A stretch of DNA of 64,000 bases from Dehalococcoidia bacterium (GTDB lineage Bacteria; Chloroflexota; Dehalococcoidia; UBA6926): NCBI GenBank assembly GCA_965247995.1, contig OZ252041.1, forward strand, positions 259,411 through 323,410, in the 5' to 3' direction. A program made the translations under genes and the position numbers. Shown one piece after another: positions 10,183 to 20,361 of this stretch (positions are counted from its first letter, which is position 1; each line of letters begins with the position of its first letter). The notes beneath the pieces are model-generated. The model saw only the letters and a program-made list of their open reading frames with translations. It did no database searches and was not told the DNA's origin.

Positions 10183-10596
10183 ATGCTTCAACCGCGAAGA
10201 GTTAAGTACCGCAAGATGCATCGGGGGCGGATGCGTGGCCTCGCCATCCGGGGCAGCACGCTCGCGTTCGGCGAATTCGGCATCCAAGCCATGGAGCCGG
10301 CTTGGATCGACGGGCGACAGATCGAAGCTGCGCGCCGCGCGATGACCCGCCACGTCCGGCGGGGTGGGCAAATTTGGATCCGTATCTTTCCGCACAAGTC
10401 GTACACAAAGAAACCGCTCGAGACCCGTCAAGGTTCAGGAAAGGGCAACGTAGAGGGCTGGGTCGCAGTGATTAAGCCCGGGCGGATGCTATTCGAGATC
10501 GCCGGAGTCCCCGAGGACGCGGCGCGGAGAGCGATGCGGCTGGCGCAGGACAAGCTCCCGATTCGGACACAGATCGTTGCCCGAGAGGAAGACTGA
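10183..10596 (+). CDS. rplP: 50S ribosomal protein L16
   Basis: [19 protein letters not shown]…. Confidence 0.93.
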   Translation: MLQPRRVKYRKMHRGRMRGLAIRGSTLAFGEFGIQAMEPAWIDGRQIEAARRAMTRHVRRGGQIWIRIFPHKSYTKKPLETRQGSGKGNVEGWVAVIKPGRMLFEIAGVPEDAARRAMRLAQDKLPIRTQIVAREED

Positions 10597-10601
10597 ACAC
10601 G

Positions 10602-10823
10602 ATGGCAATCATGGATGACATCCGCGTGTGGACCGACGATCAGCTAGCTGAGGAGTTGGAGAACGCGCGGCGCGAGGTGTTCAATCTCCGGTTCCGAGCG
10701 GTCACACGTCAACTCTCGAACATGAACGAGGTTGGCGTAGCTCGGAAGAAGGTGGCTCGGGTGCTCACTGTAATGCGGGAGCGACAAGTCGCCACTGTAG
10801 ACACGGAGGAACCGGCAGAGTGA
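10602..10823 (+). CDS. rpmC: 50S ribosomal protein L29
   Basis: 73 aa in the L29 position; …ELRFR… helical protein. Confidence 0.88.
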   Translation: MAIMDDIRVWTDDQLAEELENARREVFNLRFRAVTRQLSNMNEVGVARKKVARVLTVMRERQVATVDTEEPAE

Positions 10824-11119
10824 CCACCGCTACCCGTAAGACGCGTATTGGCCGTGTAGTCAGTACCAAGATGAATAAGACCATCGTCGTCACCGTGGAG
10901 CGACGCCGCATCCACCGGCTTTACCACAAGGCTGTCCGCCGGGTCACGCGGTTCAAAGCTCACGACGAGCGCCAGATTGCCCAAGAGGGGGACCTCGTTC
11001 GGATCGAAGAGACCCGGCCGTTATCGAAGGACAAGAGGTGGCGTTTGGTCGAAGTGGTCGAAACGGTCACCATTCCTGCCCTCCCGGCCGACCAAGCTGA
11101 ACAAGGATCCGCAGCGTGA
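10820..11119 (+). CDS. rpsQ: 30S ribosomal protein S17
   Basis: GTG start overlapping the L29 stop; …[14 protein letters not shown]…. Confidence 0.9.
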   Translation: MTTATRKTRIGRVVSTKMNKTIVVTVERRRIHRLYHKAVRRVTRFKAHDERQIAQEGDLVRIEETRPLSKDKRWRLVEVVETVTIPALPADQAEQGSAA

Positions 11120-11484
11120 TTCAGACGTACTCGAGATTGCGCGTCGCGGATAACTCCGGGGCCCGAGAGATCATGTGCATCAACGTCCCCGGCGGAACCC
11201 GCCGTCGCTATGCGTCAGTCGGCGACGTGATCGTCGCCTCTGTGAAAGAGGCGAATCCCGGCGGCGCGGTTCGATCTGGCGAGGTGGTTCGCGCAGTTGT
11301 CGTGCGGATTTCTCAGCCATACCGACGGCCGGACGGATCCTACATCCGATTCGACGAGAACGCAGCGGTGATCTTGAACGATCGCAACCTTCCTAGGGGA
11401 ACGCGCATCTTCGGCCCCGTGGCCCGGGAGCTTCGCGATCGGAACTTCATGCGCATCATCTCCCTCGCGCCGGAGGTCCTGTAA
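11116..11484 (+). CDS. rplN: 50S ribosomal protein L14
   Basis: [16 protein letters not shown]…. Confidence 0.93.
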   Translation: MIQTYSRLRVADNSGAREIMCINVPGGTRRRYASVGDVIVASVKEANPGGAVRSGEVVRAVVVRISQPYRRPDGSYIRFDENAAVILNDRNLPRGTRIFGPVARELRDRNFMRIISLAPEVL

Positions 11485-11487
11485 GGC

Positions 11488-11805
11488 ATGGCTGCGAAGA
11501 TCCGAAAAGGGGACACCGTCTCCGTGCTCGCAGGGAAAGACCGAGCCAAACGCGGCGAGGTTGAACGTGTCCTGCCGAAGGTTGAGCGAGTGGTCGTACA
11601 GGGCGTCAATATGATTAAGCGTCACCAGCGCACGCAGCCGGGCGTCCGGCAAGGCGGCATCATCGAAAGGCCAAACGCTCTGCACCTTTCGAACGTCGCT
11701 CTCGTCTGTCCCAGTTGTGACCAGCCGACGCGTGTGACGTTCGCCGTCTTGGACGATGGTCGTAAGGTCCGAAAATGCAAGAAGTGCGGCGAGACGTTCG
11801 AATGA
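11488..11805 (+). CDS. rplX: 50S ribosomal protein L24, zinc-ribbon variant
   Basis: A KOW-domain N-terminus followed by a C-terminal CPSC…CKKC zinc ribbon, as in Thermus-type L24. Confidence 0.9.
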   Translation: MAAKIRKGDTVSVLAGKDRAKRGEVERVLPKVERVVVQGVNMIKRHQRTQPGVRQGGIIERPNALHLSNVALVCPSCDQPTRVTFAVLDDGRKVRKCKKCGETFE

Positions 11806-12506
11806 ACCTCCCGCATCCCGCACCAGCTGGCGGCGCTCAGGACGCCCCTGCCGAAGAACGGCCGCGCCGCCGTCGGCGCGTCGCGTCGACTGACGAACCG
11901 CAACAGGCCCCGACCGAAACGCCGCAAGAGCAGGCGCCAACCCAAGAGCAATACCGACCACGGCTTCGTGACCTCTATCTCAACACGGTCGCTCCCGCTC
12001 TGACAGAGGAATTCGGCTATCAGAACGTCATGCAAGTCCCGAAGATCACACGCATCACGCTCAATATCGGCGAGGGGGACGCACGCGAGAACGCTCGCGC
12101 GCTTGAGGGTATCCAACAAGACTTGACCACGATCGCTGGTCAGAAACCGGTGGTCACGAAGGCACGCAAATCGATCGCACAATTCAAGATTCGAGACGGC
12201 AACCCGATCGGCGTCAAGGTGACCCTCCGTGGGTCGAAGATGTGGGATTTCCTCGATCGCCTGATGAACGTCGCACTGCCGAGAACTCGCGACTTTAGAG
12301 GCATACCCCGCCAGGCATTCGATGGGCGGGGCGACTACAGCCTGGGTATACGCGAACAGATCATCTTTCCCGAGGTCGACTACAACCGAATCGATAAGAT
12401 AAGGGGGATGCAGGTCAACATCGTCACCTCGGCGAATACTGACGATGAGGGCCGACGGCTCCTGGAACTTATGGGGATGCCGTTCGCCCGGGAGGACCAG
12501 CAGTAG
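11802..12506 (+). CDS. rplE: 50S ribosomal protein L5 with a ~45-aa Pro/Gln/Glu/Arg-rich N-terminal extension
   Basis: The canonical L5 core begins at …[23 protein letters not shown]. The upstream in-frame ATG at 11802 overlaps the L24 stop (ATGA). The alternative ATG at 11775 lies deeper inside L24. Confidence 0.8.
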   Translation: MNLPHPAPAGGAQDAPAEERPRRRRRVASTDEPQQAPTETPQEQAPTQEQYRPRLRDLYLNTVAPALTEEFGYQNVMQVPKITRITLNIGEGDARENARALEGIQQDLTTIAGQKPVVTKARKSIAQFKIRDGNPIGVKVTLRGSKMWDFLDRLMNVALPRTRDFRGIPRQAFDGRGDYSLGIREQIIFPEVDYNRIDKIRGMQVNIVTSANTDDEGRRLLELMGMPFAREDQQ

Positions 12507-12509
12507 CAC

Positions 12510-12695
12510 ATGGCAAAGAAGTCCAAGATCGAGAAATGGAAGCGGCAACCGAAGTACCGCGTCCAACACAGCAACCGATGCAATGTCTGCGGGCGGCCGC
12601 GGGCCTACTACCGCTTGTTTGGACTCTGTCGTGTCTGTCTCCGACAGCGCGCGCTCCGTGGCGAACTGCCCGGCGTTCGGAAGTCGAGTTGGTAA
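12510..12695 (+). CDS. rpsZ: 30S ribosomal protein S14 type Z (zinc-binding)
   Basis: 61 aa with CNVCGR…CRVC. Confidence 0.92.
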   Translation: MAKKSKIEKWKRQPKYRVQHSNRCNVCGRPRAYYRLFGLCRVCLRQRALRGELPGVRKSSW

Positions 12696-12708
12696 GGGAG
12701 CGGTTCCT

Positions 12709-13110
12709 ATGCCTGTGAGCGACCCCATCGGGGACATGTTGACGCGGGTCCGGAACGCCCTCATGGCCCGCCACGAGACGGTGCTCGTCCCTGCGTCTAA
12801 GACGAAATTGGCGGTGGCCGAGATCCTCCAGCGTGAGGGGTACATCCGGGGCTTCGACGTACTCCGCGGAGCGACGCCCCAGCGTGTTATTCGGCTAAGA
12901 CTTGCCTACAAAGACACCCGCGATCCGGTGATCAACGGGCTCAGACGCGTGAGTAAACCTGGACTCAGGGTCTACGTCCAGAAGGGTGAGATTCCCCGCG
13001 TCTTCGGGGGCCTGGGGATTGCGATGGTTTCGACCTCCAGCGGCGTAATGACTGGCCGGGACGCTTGGAGGCAGGGGATCGGAGGCGAGTTACTGTGCTA
13101 CGTATGGTAA
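12709..13110 (+). CDS. rpsH: 30S ribosomal protein S8
   Basis: [17 protein letters not shown]… ATG at 12709. The longer ORF-track frame from 12445 is a spurious N-terminal extension overlapping rplE and rpsZ. Confidence 0.92.
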   Translation: MPVSDPIGDMLTRVRNALMARHETVLVPASKTKLAVAEILQREGYIRGFDVLRGATPQRVIRLRLAYKDTRDPVINGLRRVSKPGLRVYVQKGEIPRVFGGLGIAMVSTSSGVMTGRDAWRQGIGGELLCYVW

Positions 13111-13169
13111 CCAGGACCCCGATGACCACCATGCGCCATCGCCGAACGCGCGAGCGGAGGGGCTAGTCC

Positions 13170-13727
13170 ATGTCTCGCGTAGGTCGTATGCCTGTCGCCG
13201 TGCCGGACAATGTCCAAGTGGAAGTGGACGATTCGCCTCCCGGCGTGTCCGTCATGGTCAAGGGGCCGCGGGGTGAGTTGGCCAGGCAGTTCAATCCGGC
13301 CATCACGATTAGTCGCGAGGACGCCAACCTGATGGTTGGCCTGAAGGAATCGTCACAGAACAATAGAGCCATCTGGGGGCTATCACGGTCTCTCCTCAAC
13401 AACATGGTAATCGGCGTCTCCGCCGGATACCGGAAGACCTTGGAGATCTCCGGCGCCGGGTACCGTGCGCAACCTTCCAACACCGGCATCACCCTGCAGG
13501 TTGGCTACTCGCATCCCGTAGAAGTCGCGGCTCCGGCCGGGATCACGCTGGATGTGGAGTCCAACACGCGCGTTCACGTGGACGGAATAGACAAGCAGCT
13601 CGTCGGCAGCGTCGCCGCTGAGATCCGAGCCGTAAGGAAGCCCGGCGTCTACACCGGGAAGGGCATCAGGTACTCCGATGAGCAGGTGCGCCGGAAGGCC
13701 GGGAAGGGCGCTGGCCGAAGGGCCTGA
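13170..13727 (+). CDS. rplF: 50S ribosomal protein L6
   Basis: MSRVGRMPVAVPDNVQVEV…. Confidence 0.92.
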   Translation: MSRVGRMPVAVPDNVQVEVDDSPPGVSVMVKGPRGELARQFNPAITISREDANLMVGLKESSQNNRAIWGLSRSLLNNMVIGVSAGYRKTLEISGAGYRAQPSNTGITLQVGYSHPVEVAAPAGITLDVESNTRVHVDGIDKQLVGSVAAEIRAVRKPGVYTGKGIRYSDEQVRRKAGKGAGRRA

Positions 13728-13733
13728 TTTTCG

Positions 13734-14102
13734 ATGGCACGGATCCGAACCCTTCGACAAGCCCGCGAACGGCGGCACAAGAGGCTGCGCCAGACGTTGA
13801 GCGGCACCGCCGCTCGCCCACGCTTGCTCGTCTTCCGAAGCCTCAATCACATCTACGCCCAAGTGGTTAACGATGAGATCGGCAACACGATCGTTGCGGC
13901 CTCCAGCACAGAGCCAGAGATCCGGTCAACCCTGACCGGACTGAACAAATCGGACCGCGCGAAGCGCATCGGCGAGACGCTGGCGCAACGGGCCAAAGAA
14001 CGCGGAGTCGAGCGCGTCGTGTTCGACCGTGGCGGTTACCAGTTCCATGGGCGTGTTCGCGCGCTCGCCGAGGGGGCCCGGGAAGCCGGTCTCGACTTCT
14101 GA
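13734..14102 (+). CDS. rplR: 50S ribosomal protein L18
   Basis: 122 aa, …RPRLLVFRSLNHIYAQV…. Confidence 0.9.
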   Translation: MARIRTLRQARERRHKRLRQTLSGTAARPRLLVFRSLNHIYAQVVNDEIGNTIVAASSTEPEIRSTLTGLNKSDRAKRIGETLAQRAKERGVERVVFDRGGYQFHGRVRALAEGAREAGLDF

Positions 14103-14139
14103 CCTTCCCTATGCCCAACAGAGAACCGAGGTTTCAAAT

Positions 14140-14925
14140 ATGACATTAGGACGACAGCGGGGACCGCGTGGACGCAGCCGCGACCGCACACGCGAGCTAG
14201 CGGACCGAGAGCAGGATGCGATCACTGAGAGCGTAGTCAACATCCGCCGGGTCGCGAAGACGGTGGCCGGTGGGCGCCGGTTCACGTTCAACGCGCTTGT
14301 CGTCGTCGGAGATGGACAAGGGCGCGTCGGGTTCGGCCTCGGCAAGGCAAGTGAGGTGCCTGACGCAGTCCAGAAGGGTTCAGCGATTGCCCGTCGATCA
14401 ATGCGCACCGTTCCGCTCGTCGACAACACGGTTCCGCAAAACATGGTGAGCAAATTCGGGGGTGCACAGATACTCCTGAAGCCTGCAGCACCGGGAACGG
14501 GAGTTCGCGCTTCAGCAGCGGTACGTGCAGTCGTGCAGGCTGCAGGGGTTCGAGACATCCTTACCAAATCTCAGGGCAGTAACAACCCGATTAACGTGGT
14601 CCAAGCGACGATCCGTGGCATGGAGATGATGCGGAACCCTGAGGAAGTCATGGCCCTGCGTAGGATGGTCCGCGGTGAACCCCCGCTTCCTACCGGTGAC
14701 GAAGCCACGGAAGCACTCTCCCCAGCAGATGCCACACCCGCCGCGCCGGTTGACCCGCCAGCTGCGATTGAGGCGTCTCATTCAGACGAACCGCCTGTTG
14801 CTGCCGAACCTCAGACTGGTGACCGGCCGGAACTCTCCGAAACGAGCCCCTCTGCCGAGACCACGGCAGATCCCGAGTCAGCCCCAGAAGACACATCCGA
14901 CAACGACCGCGAGCCAACACCATGA
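14140..14925 (+). CDS. rpsE: 30S ribosomal protein S5 with a ~85-aa acidic/Pro-rich C-terminal extension
   Basis: S5 core …FNALVVVGDGQGRVGFGLGKA… The ATG at 14140 has a good RBS context. The tail PPLPTGDEATE…DNDREPTP runs in frame up to the L30 start (ATGA overlap). Confidence 0.85.
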   Translation: MTLGRQRGPRGRSRDRTRELADREQDAITESVVNIRRVAKTVAGGRRFTFNALVVVGDGQGRVGFGLGKASEVPDAVQKGSAIARRSMRTVPLVDNTVPQNMVSKFGGAQILLKPAAPGTGVRASAAVRAVVQAAGVRDILTKSQGSNNPINVVQATIRGMEMMRNPEEVMALRRMVRGEPPLPTGDEATEALSPADATPAAPVDPPAAIEASHSDEPPVAAEPQTGDRPELSETSPSAETTADPESAPEDTSDNDREPTP

Positions 14926-15131
14926 CCAAGGCGGTCGTACGACTCACGCGCAGCCAGATCAACCAGCAGGCCGACCAAGTCAAGACTCTGCGGGCGTTAG
15001 GCCTTCGACGCCTAGGTGACCAGCGCGAGCACGACTACTCGCGATCGATTCGAGGCATGCTGCTCAAGGTCCGCCACCTCGTAACGGTCGAGTTGCGGGA
15101 TGAAGATGAGGGAGGGGAAGCGGATGCGTGA
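14922..15131 (+). CDS. rpmD: 50S ribosomal protein L30
   Basis: …LRALGLRRLGD…IRGMLLKVRHLVTVE…. Confidence 0.88.
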   Translation: MTKAVVRLTRSQINQQADQVKTLRALGLRRLGDQREHDYSRSIRGMLLKVRHLVTVELRDEDEGGEADA

Positions 15132-15594
15132 GAGCGATGTCCACCCATCCGCCGGATCCCGCCATCGCCGTCGGCGCGTAGGCCGAGGGAACTCCGCCAC
15201 CGGCGGAACATTCGCCGGGAAGGGTTCGAAAGGGCAAAAGTCACGATCCGGTCGTGGCATCAGCCGGGGCTTCGAGGGAGGTCAGTTGAAACTGATCAAA
15301 CGTCTTCCCCATAAACGCGGCTTCAAGAACCTGTTCCGAGTTGAACACCAACCCATAAACTTGGCCCGTCTCACAGGTTTCCCCGCCGGTTCCACGGTGA
15401 CGCCCGAAACGCTCCGCGAATCCGGGATTCTCAAGTCATTGGCAACTCCGGTCGCGATCCTCGGGGACGGTGAATTGAGCGGACCGCTCACGATTCACGC
15501 GCACCGAGTCTCGGCTTCGGCTCGGCAGAAGATTGAGAGCGCCGGAGGAACTGTGGAGTTGTTGGAAGCGCCCGTGATACACCGCCCCCGGTGA
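15124..15594 (+). CDS. rplO: 50S ribosomal protein L15
   Basis: MRESDVHPSAGSRHRRRRVGRG…GKGSKGQKSRSG. ATG at 15124 follows an AGGGAGGGG RBS and overlaps the L30 stop. Confidence 0.88.
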   Translation: MRESDVHPSAGSRHRRRRVGRGNSATGGTFAGKGSKGQKSRSGRGISRGFEGGQLKLIKRLPHKRGFKNLFRVEHQPINLARLTGFPAGSTVTPETLRESGILKSLATPVAILGDGELSGPLTIHAHRVSASARQKIESAGGTVELLEAPVIHRPR

Positions 15595-15624
15595 TGAGTC
15601 TCACGCGTCAATCGTGAATCGCCC

Positions 15625-16965
15625 ATGAGTTTCGTTTCGTCACCTGGCCGTCAACAAAACCAACGGCCTGCGCTTGTCCAGGCCATGATCGATGCGTGGC
15701 ATCAGCCGGACTTGCGGCGCCGAATCCTATTCACGTTGGGCGTCTTGGTGGTGTTCAGGTTCGTTGCCCACGTCCCTGTTCCAGGCGTTGATCTGAACGA
15801 ACTCCAGCGGATCTTCCAAAGCAACCAACTGCTCGGCCTATTGGACATCTTCAGCGGCGGCGCCATGAGGAACCTGTCCGTCGCTGCGATGGGCGTGTAC
15901 CCGTACATCACCGCGAGCATCATTCTTCAGATCCTCGTGCCAGTGGTGCCGAGCCTGCAGGCCTTGTCCCGAGAAGGGGAGGCCGGGCGACAAAAGATCA
16001 CTCAGTACACCCATTGGTTGACCGTGCCGATCGCCGCCGCGTCGGCGTACGGACAACTTGTTTTGCTGAACCGCCTCGGAGTTCTACCACCGCTCTGGCC
16101 CTACCCCGGGAGCGACTTCCTCAGTACGGCGGCCATGATTATCGCTATGGGCGCCGGCACCATGCTCTTGGTATGGATGGGTGAGCTGATTACCGAGAAC
16201 GGCATCGGGAATGGTATCTCCATCATCATCTTTGGCGGAATCGTATCCGGCCTCCTGGGGGTCTTTGGTCGGGGACTATTCGTGAGCGATCCGACCGGGT
16301 TGGTGCTTGTCGGCGCCGTAGGGTTGGTCGTGATCTACTTCATCGTCGTCTTCACCGAGGCGCAACGGCGTATACCGGTTCAGTATGGAAGAAGCGTGAA
16401 CCGGGGTGGTCAGATGTACCGCCAGGGTGGCGCGACGCATATCCCGCTCCGCGTCAATTCTGCCGGAATGATCCCGCTGATCTTCGCGTTTTCGATCCTC
16501 ATCTTCCCGCCGACGATCGCCGCGTATTTCACCGAATCGGGCAGCAATGTCGTCGCCGGGGCGGCCGGTTTCTTCTCGAGGAATCTCGGCCCGACCAGAG
16601 GACTGTATTGGTTCTTGCTGTTCTGGCTCGTGGTGGGGTTCACGTTCTTCTACACGATGGTCATATTCCAGCAACAACAACTCGCTGAAAACTTGCAACG
16701 GAACGGCGGTTTCGTTCCTGGGATCCGGCCCGGCCGCCCAACACACGACTACCTGACGCGCATTTTGATGAGGATTACGTGGGGTGGGGCTATCTTCCTT
16801 GGAGCGGTTGCCGTCATCCCATTCTTCATCACGCTGGCTACAGGTATCGATAATCTGCAGATCTCGAGTACTGCCCTACTGATTGTCGTAGCTGTTGTGC
16901 TCGATACGATGCGACAACTGCAGTCTCAGTTGTTGATGCGGCAGTACGAGGGATTCCTCCGTTGA
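15625..16965 (+). CDS. secY: preprotein translocase subunit SecY
   Basis: 446 aa with 10 TM segments and SecY signature regions. Confidence 0.95.
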   Translation: MSFVSSPGRQQNQRPALVQAMIDAWHQPDLRRRILFTLGVLVVFRFVAHVPVPGVDLNELQRIFQSNQLLGLLDIFSGGAMRNLSVAAMGVYPYITASIILQILVPVVPSLQALSREGEAGRQKITQYTHWLTVPIAAASAYGQLVLLNRLGVLPPLWPYPGSDFLSTAAMIIAMGAGTMLLVWMGELITENGIGNGISIIIFGGIVSGLLGVFGRGLFVSDPTGLVLVGAVGLVVIYFIVVFTEAQRRIPVQYGRSVNRGGQMYRQGGATHIPLRVNSAGMIPLIFAFSILIFPPTIAAYFTESGSNVVAGAAGFFSRNLGPTRGLYWFLLFWLVVGFTFFYTMVIFQQQQLAENLQRNGGFVPGIRPGRPTHDYLTRILMRITWGGAIFLGAVAVIPFFITLATGIDNLQISSTALLIVVAVVLDTMRQLQSQLLMRQYEGFLR

Positions 16966-16990
16966 TCGCCGAATCCGAGAGGGACCGCGA

Positions 16991-17632
16991 ATGCGCGTGA
17001 TTCTCCTGGGCGCGCCCGGCGCTGGGAAGGGAACACAGGCCGCAACGATCGGCGAAACGCTCAGGGTGCCTCATGTTGCGACCGGTGATTTGTTCCGGGC
17101 CGCCGTTTCCCAGGGCACCGCGCTGGGACTCGAAGCGAAGACTTTTATGGACCGGGGTGAATTGGTCCCCGACCGCATAACGATTGCCATGCTGCTCGAC
17201 CGGGTGTCCCAAGATGACGCCGCCAGCGGGTACGTGCTCGATGGCTTTCCCCGGACGGTGGAGCAAGCTCGGGCCTTGGCGGATGCGCTCCGAGGGCGCG
17301 GTGAATCCGTGGACCGGGTCCTGTTGTTCGACGTCTCGGAAGATGAACTTGTCAGGCGCCTTAGCGGGCGTTGGATTTGCCGGACTTGCCAGACGCCCTA
17401 TCACGAGGTAAACAACCCGCCGAAGAGCGAGGGCGTCTGTGATCTCGACGACGGGCCACTGTATCAGCGGGATGACGACAAGCCAGAGACCGTTCGCACT
17501 CGACTTCAGGTGTATCAGCAGCAGACAGCGCCACTAGTGGGCTTCTATGAAGGACAACGCCTCCTCACCGTGATTAACGGCGAGCAGGAGATCGGCGCGG
17601 TCCGGGAACAACTCCTTCTCGCGGTCCGCTAA
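16991..17632 (+). CDS. adk: adenylate kinase (zinc-lid type)
   Basis: P-loop GAPGAGKGTQA; LID with CRTC…C..D. Confidence 0.93.
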   Translation: MRVILLGAPGAGKGTQAATIGETLRVPHVATGDLFRAAVSQGTALGLEAKTFMDRGELVPDRITIAMLLDRVSQDDAASGYVLDGFPRTVEQARALADALRGRGESVDRVLLFDVSEDELVRRLSGRWICRTCQTPYHEVNNPPKSEGVCDLDDGPLYQRDDDKPETVRTRLQVYQQQTAPLVGFYEGQRLLTVINGEQEIGAVREQLLLAVR

Positions 17633-17639
17633 ACGCAGG

Positions 17640-18407
17640 ATGGCCAGGCAACCGACGATCAAGTCGGCTCGAGAGTTGGGCCTCATGCGGCGAGCCGGCC
17701 ATGTGGTTGGTGAAACTCTGGCGGTGCTGGCGGACGCGGCGAAACCGGGCGTCACGACACTGGAGCTGGACGAGATTGCGCGGCGTGAGATTGCGTCACG
17801 CGGCGCGGCACCCTCGTTCCTTGGCTACTTGGACTACCCGGCACATATCTGCACCTCATTCAACGAGGAGATCGTTCACGGGATTCCAAGCGATCGGGCG
17901 ATCCGAGACGGCGACATCCTTTCGATCGACTGCGGTGCGATCGTGGAAGGATTCCACGGGGACGCTGCCGTCACTGTTTGCGTTGGACGCGTACCGGAAT
18001 CGGCACTCGAACTCGTTCACACAACGTACGAAAGCATGGTTGCAGGGATATCAGCCGCTTGTGCCGGGGCGCGCCTGGGAGACGTCTCGCATGCAGTCCA
18101 GGTCCGTGCTGAGGCGGACGGATACGGAATCGTTCGCGAATACGTCGGTCACGGCATCGGACGTGACATGCACGAGGAACCCATGGTGCCCAACTACGGG
18201 GAACCCCTCAAAGGGATCACGCTACGACCGGGCCTCGCCCTGGCAATCGAGCCAATGCTCACAGCAGGCGACTGGCATACGATGGTCGGCCCTGATCGGT
18301 GGACGGTCTCGACAAAGGATGGCAGCCTTTCGGCCCACTTTGAACACACCATCGCGATAACAGACGCTGGGCCTGAGGTATTGACCAGTGTCACCGGAAA
18401 ACCCTGA
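17640..18407 (+). CDS. map: type I methionine aminopeptidase
   Basis: 255 aa, pita-bread fold with metal ligands (D, D, H, E, E) in the right order. Confidence 0.92.
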   Translation: MARQPTIKSARELGLMRRAGHVVGETLAVLADAAKPGVTTLELDEIARREIASRGAAPSFLGYLDYPAHICTSFNEEIVHGIPSDRAIRDGDILSIDCGAIVEGFHGDAAVTVCVGRVPESALELVHTTYESMVAGISAACAGARLGDVSHAVQVRAEADGYGIVREYVGHGIGRDMHEEPMVPNYGEPLKGITLRPGLALAIEPMLTAGDWHTMVGPDRWTVSTKDGSLSAHFEHTIAITDAGPEVLTSVTGKP

Positions 18408-18498
18408 GTCGACTGCAGAGCTAGATTCGTGGCCGACTCCGTGGCATACTACAACTTCGCGCGCGAGTTCCTGACCAGCTACGCTACGATCGGAAAGC

Positions 18499-18726
18499 AT
18501 GGCTCGAACCAATAAGAAAGAATCGATTGAAGTCGAGGGGACGGTCGTCGAGGCCCTTCCCAATGGGATGTTCCGGGTTGAACTGGCCAACGAGCACAAG
18601 GTGCTGGCGCACGCGTCCGGGAAGATCCGATTGAACTTCATCAGAATTCTCCCCGGGGATCGGGTATTGGTCGAGCTGTCGCCGTATGACCTGACGCGGG
18701 GTCGGGTCACATACCGCTTCCGGTAG
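18499..18726 (+). CDS. infA: translation initiation factor IF-1
   Basis: …[32 protein letters not shown]…. Confidence 0.93.
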   Translation: MARTNKKESIEVEGTVVEALPNGMFRVELANEHKVLAHASGKIRLNFIRILPGDRVLVELSPYDLTRGRVTYRFR

Positions 18727-18760
18727 AGACTCCTCCGCGTCTGCTTTCGGTATCAACTCA

Positions 18761-18874
18761 ATGAAAGTTTCCGCGTCTGTAAAGCGTCGCTGCAACAACT
18801 GTCGAATCGTTCGGCGTCAACGTCGCGTGTTCGTGATCTGCTCGAACCCGAAACACAAGCAGCGGCAAGGGTAA
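18761..18874 (+). CDS. rpmJ: 50S ribosomal protein L36 (zinc type)
   Basis: 37-aa ORF, below the ORF-track cutoff: [37 protein letters not shown] with a C-x2-C-x12-C-x4-H pattern. Confidence 0.9.
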   Translation: MKVSASVKRRCNNCRIVRRQRRVFVICSNPKHKQRQG

Positions 18875-18888
18875 GCCAGGGAGTAGCC

Positions 18889-19272
18889 ATGCGTTTGGTA
18901 GGGGTAGACATCCCAGACAACAAGAAGGTTCCCTATTCGCTCAGGTATATCTACGGCATCGGGCCCACCCGCGCCGCCCAAATCGTCGAGCAGGCGGGCA
19001 TCAACCCGGATCTCCGGGTCACTGATCTCACGGAGACGGACGCAGCGCGGTTGCGCGAGGCGATCGACCGCGCAGGCCACCTCATCGAAGGTGATCTCCG
19101 CCGTGAGACGCAGATGAACATCCGCCGGTTGGTTGAGATCGGTAGCTACCGCGGTGTACGGCATCGAATCGGTCTCCCGGTTCGGGGCCAGCGCAGCCGC
19201 ACGAACGCGCGGACTCGCAAAGGACCCAAGAAGACCGTTGCGGGCCGGCGACGAGCCGCAGTCAAGAAGTAG
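18889..19272 (+). CDS. rpsM: 30S ribosomal protein S13
   Basis: [14 protein letters not shown]…. Confidence 0.93.
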   Translation: MRLVGVDIPDNKKVPYSLRYIYGIGPTRAAQIVEQAGINPDLRVTDLTETDAARLREAIDRAGHLIEGDLRRETQMNIRRLVEIGSYRGVRHRIGLPVRGQRSRTNARTRKGPKKTVAGRRRAAVKK

Positions 19273-19277
19273 CTGTT

Positions 19278-19670
19278 ATGGCGCGACGAACACGACAACG
19301 AGTCCGGCGGAGAGAGCGCAAGTCCGTCCCTTATGGGCGCGCGTATATCTACGCCACGTTCAATAACACGCTCATCTCGTTGACGGATCCCCAAGGGAAT
19401 GTGATCGCGTCCGGCAGTGCTGGGACAACCGGGCTGCGGGGTTCGCGTAAGGGAACGGCGTTCGCCGCCCAGCGGGCGGCAGAAGAGGCAGCCCGAAGAG
19501 GAATGGAGCACGGGCTCCAACAAATTGAAGTACGCGTAAAGGGACCAGGGTCCGGGCGCGAAGCGGCGATCCGGTCGTTGCAGGCAACTGGGCTCACCGT
19601 CACAGCGATCCGTGATGTGACGCCGATCCCGCACAATGGCTGCCGGCCGCCGAAGCGACGGCGAGTGTAG
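19278..19670 (+). CDS. rpsK: 30S ribosomal protein S11
   Basis: …[18 protein letters not shown]…. Confidence 0.93.
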   Translation: MARRTRQRVRRRERKSVPYGRAYIYATFNNTLISLTDPQGNVIASGSAGTTGLRGSRKGTAFAAQRAAEEAARRGMEHGLQQIEVRVKGPGSGREAAIRSLQATGLTVTAIRDVTPIPHNGCRPPKRRRV

Positions 19671-19685
19671 GAGTTCAACACCACT

Positions 19686-20318
19686 ATGGCTCGATACCAC
19701 GGACCCGTCTGCAGGTTGTGCAGACGTCAAGGAGTCAAGCTCTTTCTGAAAGGGGAGCGCTGCTACACGCCAAAGTGCGCGATTGAGCGCCGGCGCCCGG
19801 TCCCCGGTGAGTCCACAACGTCGCGCCGGAGGCGCCGTGTCTCAGAGTGGGGGATTCACCTCCGCGAGAAACAGAAGGCGCGCCAAATTTACGGCGTGTT
19901 GGAGGCCCAATTCCGTCGGCACTATGCAGAGGCGTCGCGCCAACGCGGGGCAGCCGGTGAGAACTTGCTCCGGATCCTCGAGAGCAGGTTGGACAACGTG
20001 GTGTACCGCTTGGGTTGGGCCGAATCCCGCAAAGAAGCCCGACAAATCGTGACGCACGGACACATTTCCGTCAACGGACGGCGTGCGCGTACCCCTTCGG
20101 CCCAAATCCGCATTGGTGATGCAATCGCATGGATGGAGCGGTCGAAGAAATCGACTTTATACGAGATCGTGCAGCACCAAGCACGGAGGCGAACGCCTCC
20201 TACGTGGCTTGAGATGAACTCAGATGCCCTCGAAGGCAAAGTCGCGCGAGCACCCGAGCGCGCTGACATGGACATCCGGATCGACGACCGGTTGATCGTC
20301 GAATTCTATTCGCGCTGA
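19686..20318 (+). CDS. rpsD: 30S ribosomal protein S4
   Basis: MARYHGPVCRLCRR… plus an S4 RNA-binding domain. Confidence 0.93.
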   Translation: MARYHGPVCRLCRRQGVKLFLKGERCYTPKCAIERRRPVPGESTTSRRRRRVSEWGIHLREKQKARQIYGVLEAQFRRHYAEASRQRGAAGENLLRILESRLDNVVYRLGWAESRKEARQIVTHGHISVNGRRARTPSAQIRIGDAIAWMERSKKSTLYEIVQHQARRRTPPTWLEMNSDALEGKVARAPERADMDIRIDDRLIVEFYSR

Positions 20319-20361
20319 CCCCGGCAATCGCCGCCATATTCCTCACCCAGGAGGGTGCTCT

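Noticed and set aside
11622-12845. 407-aa ORF on the minus strand
   Set aside because: Antisense to rplE, rpsZ and rpsH, which have unambiguous ribosomal-protein translations. Long antisense ORFs are expected at this GC content.
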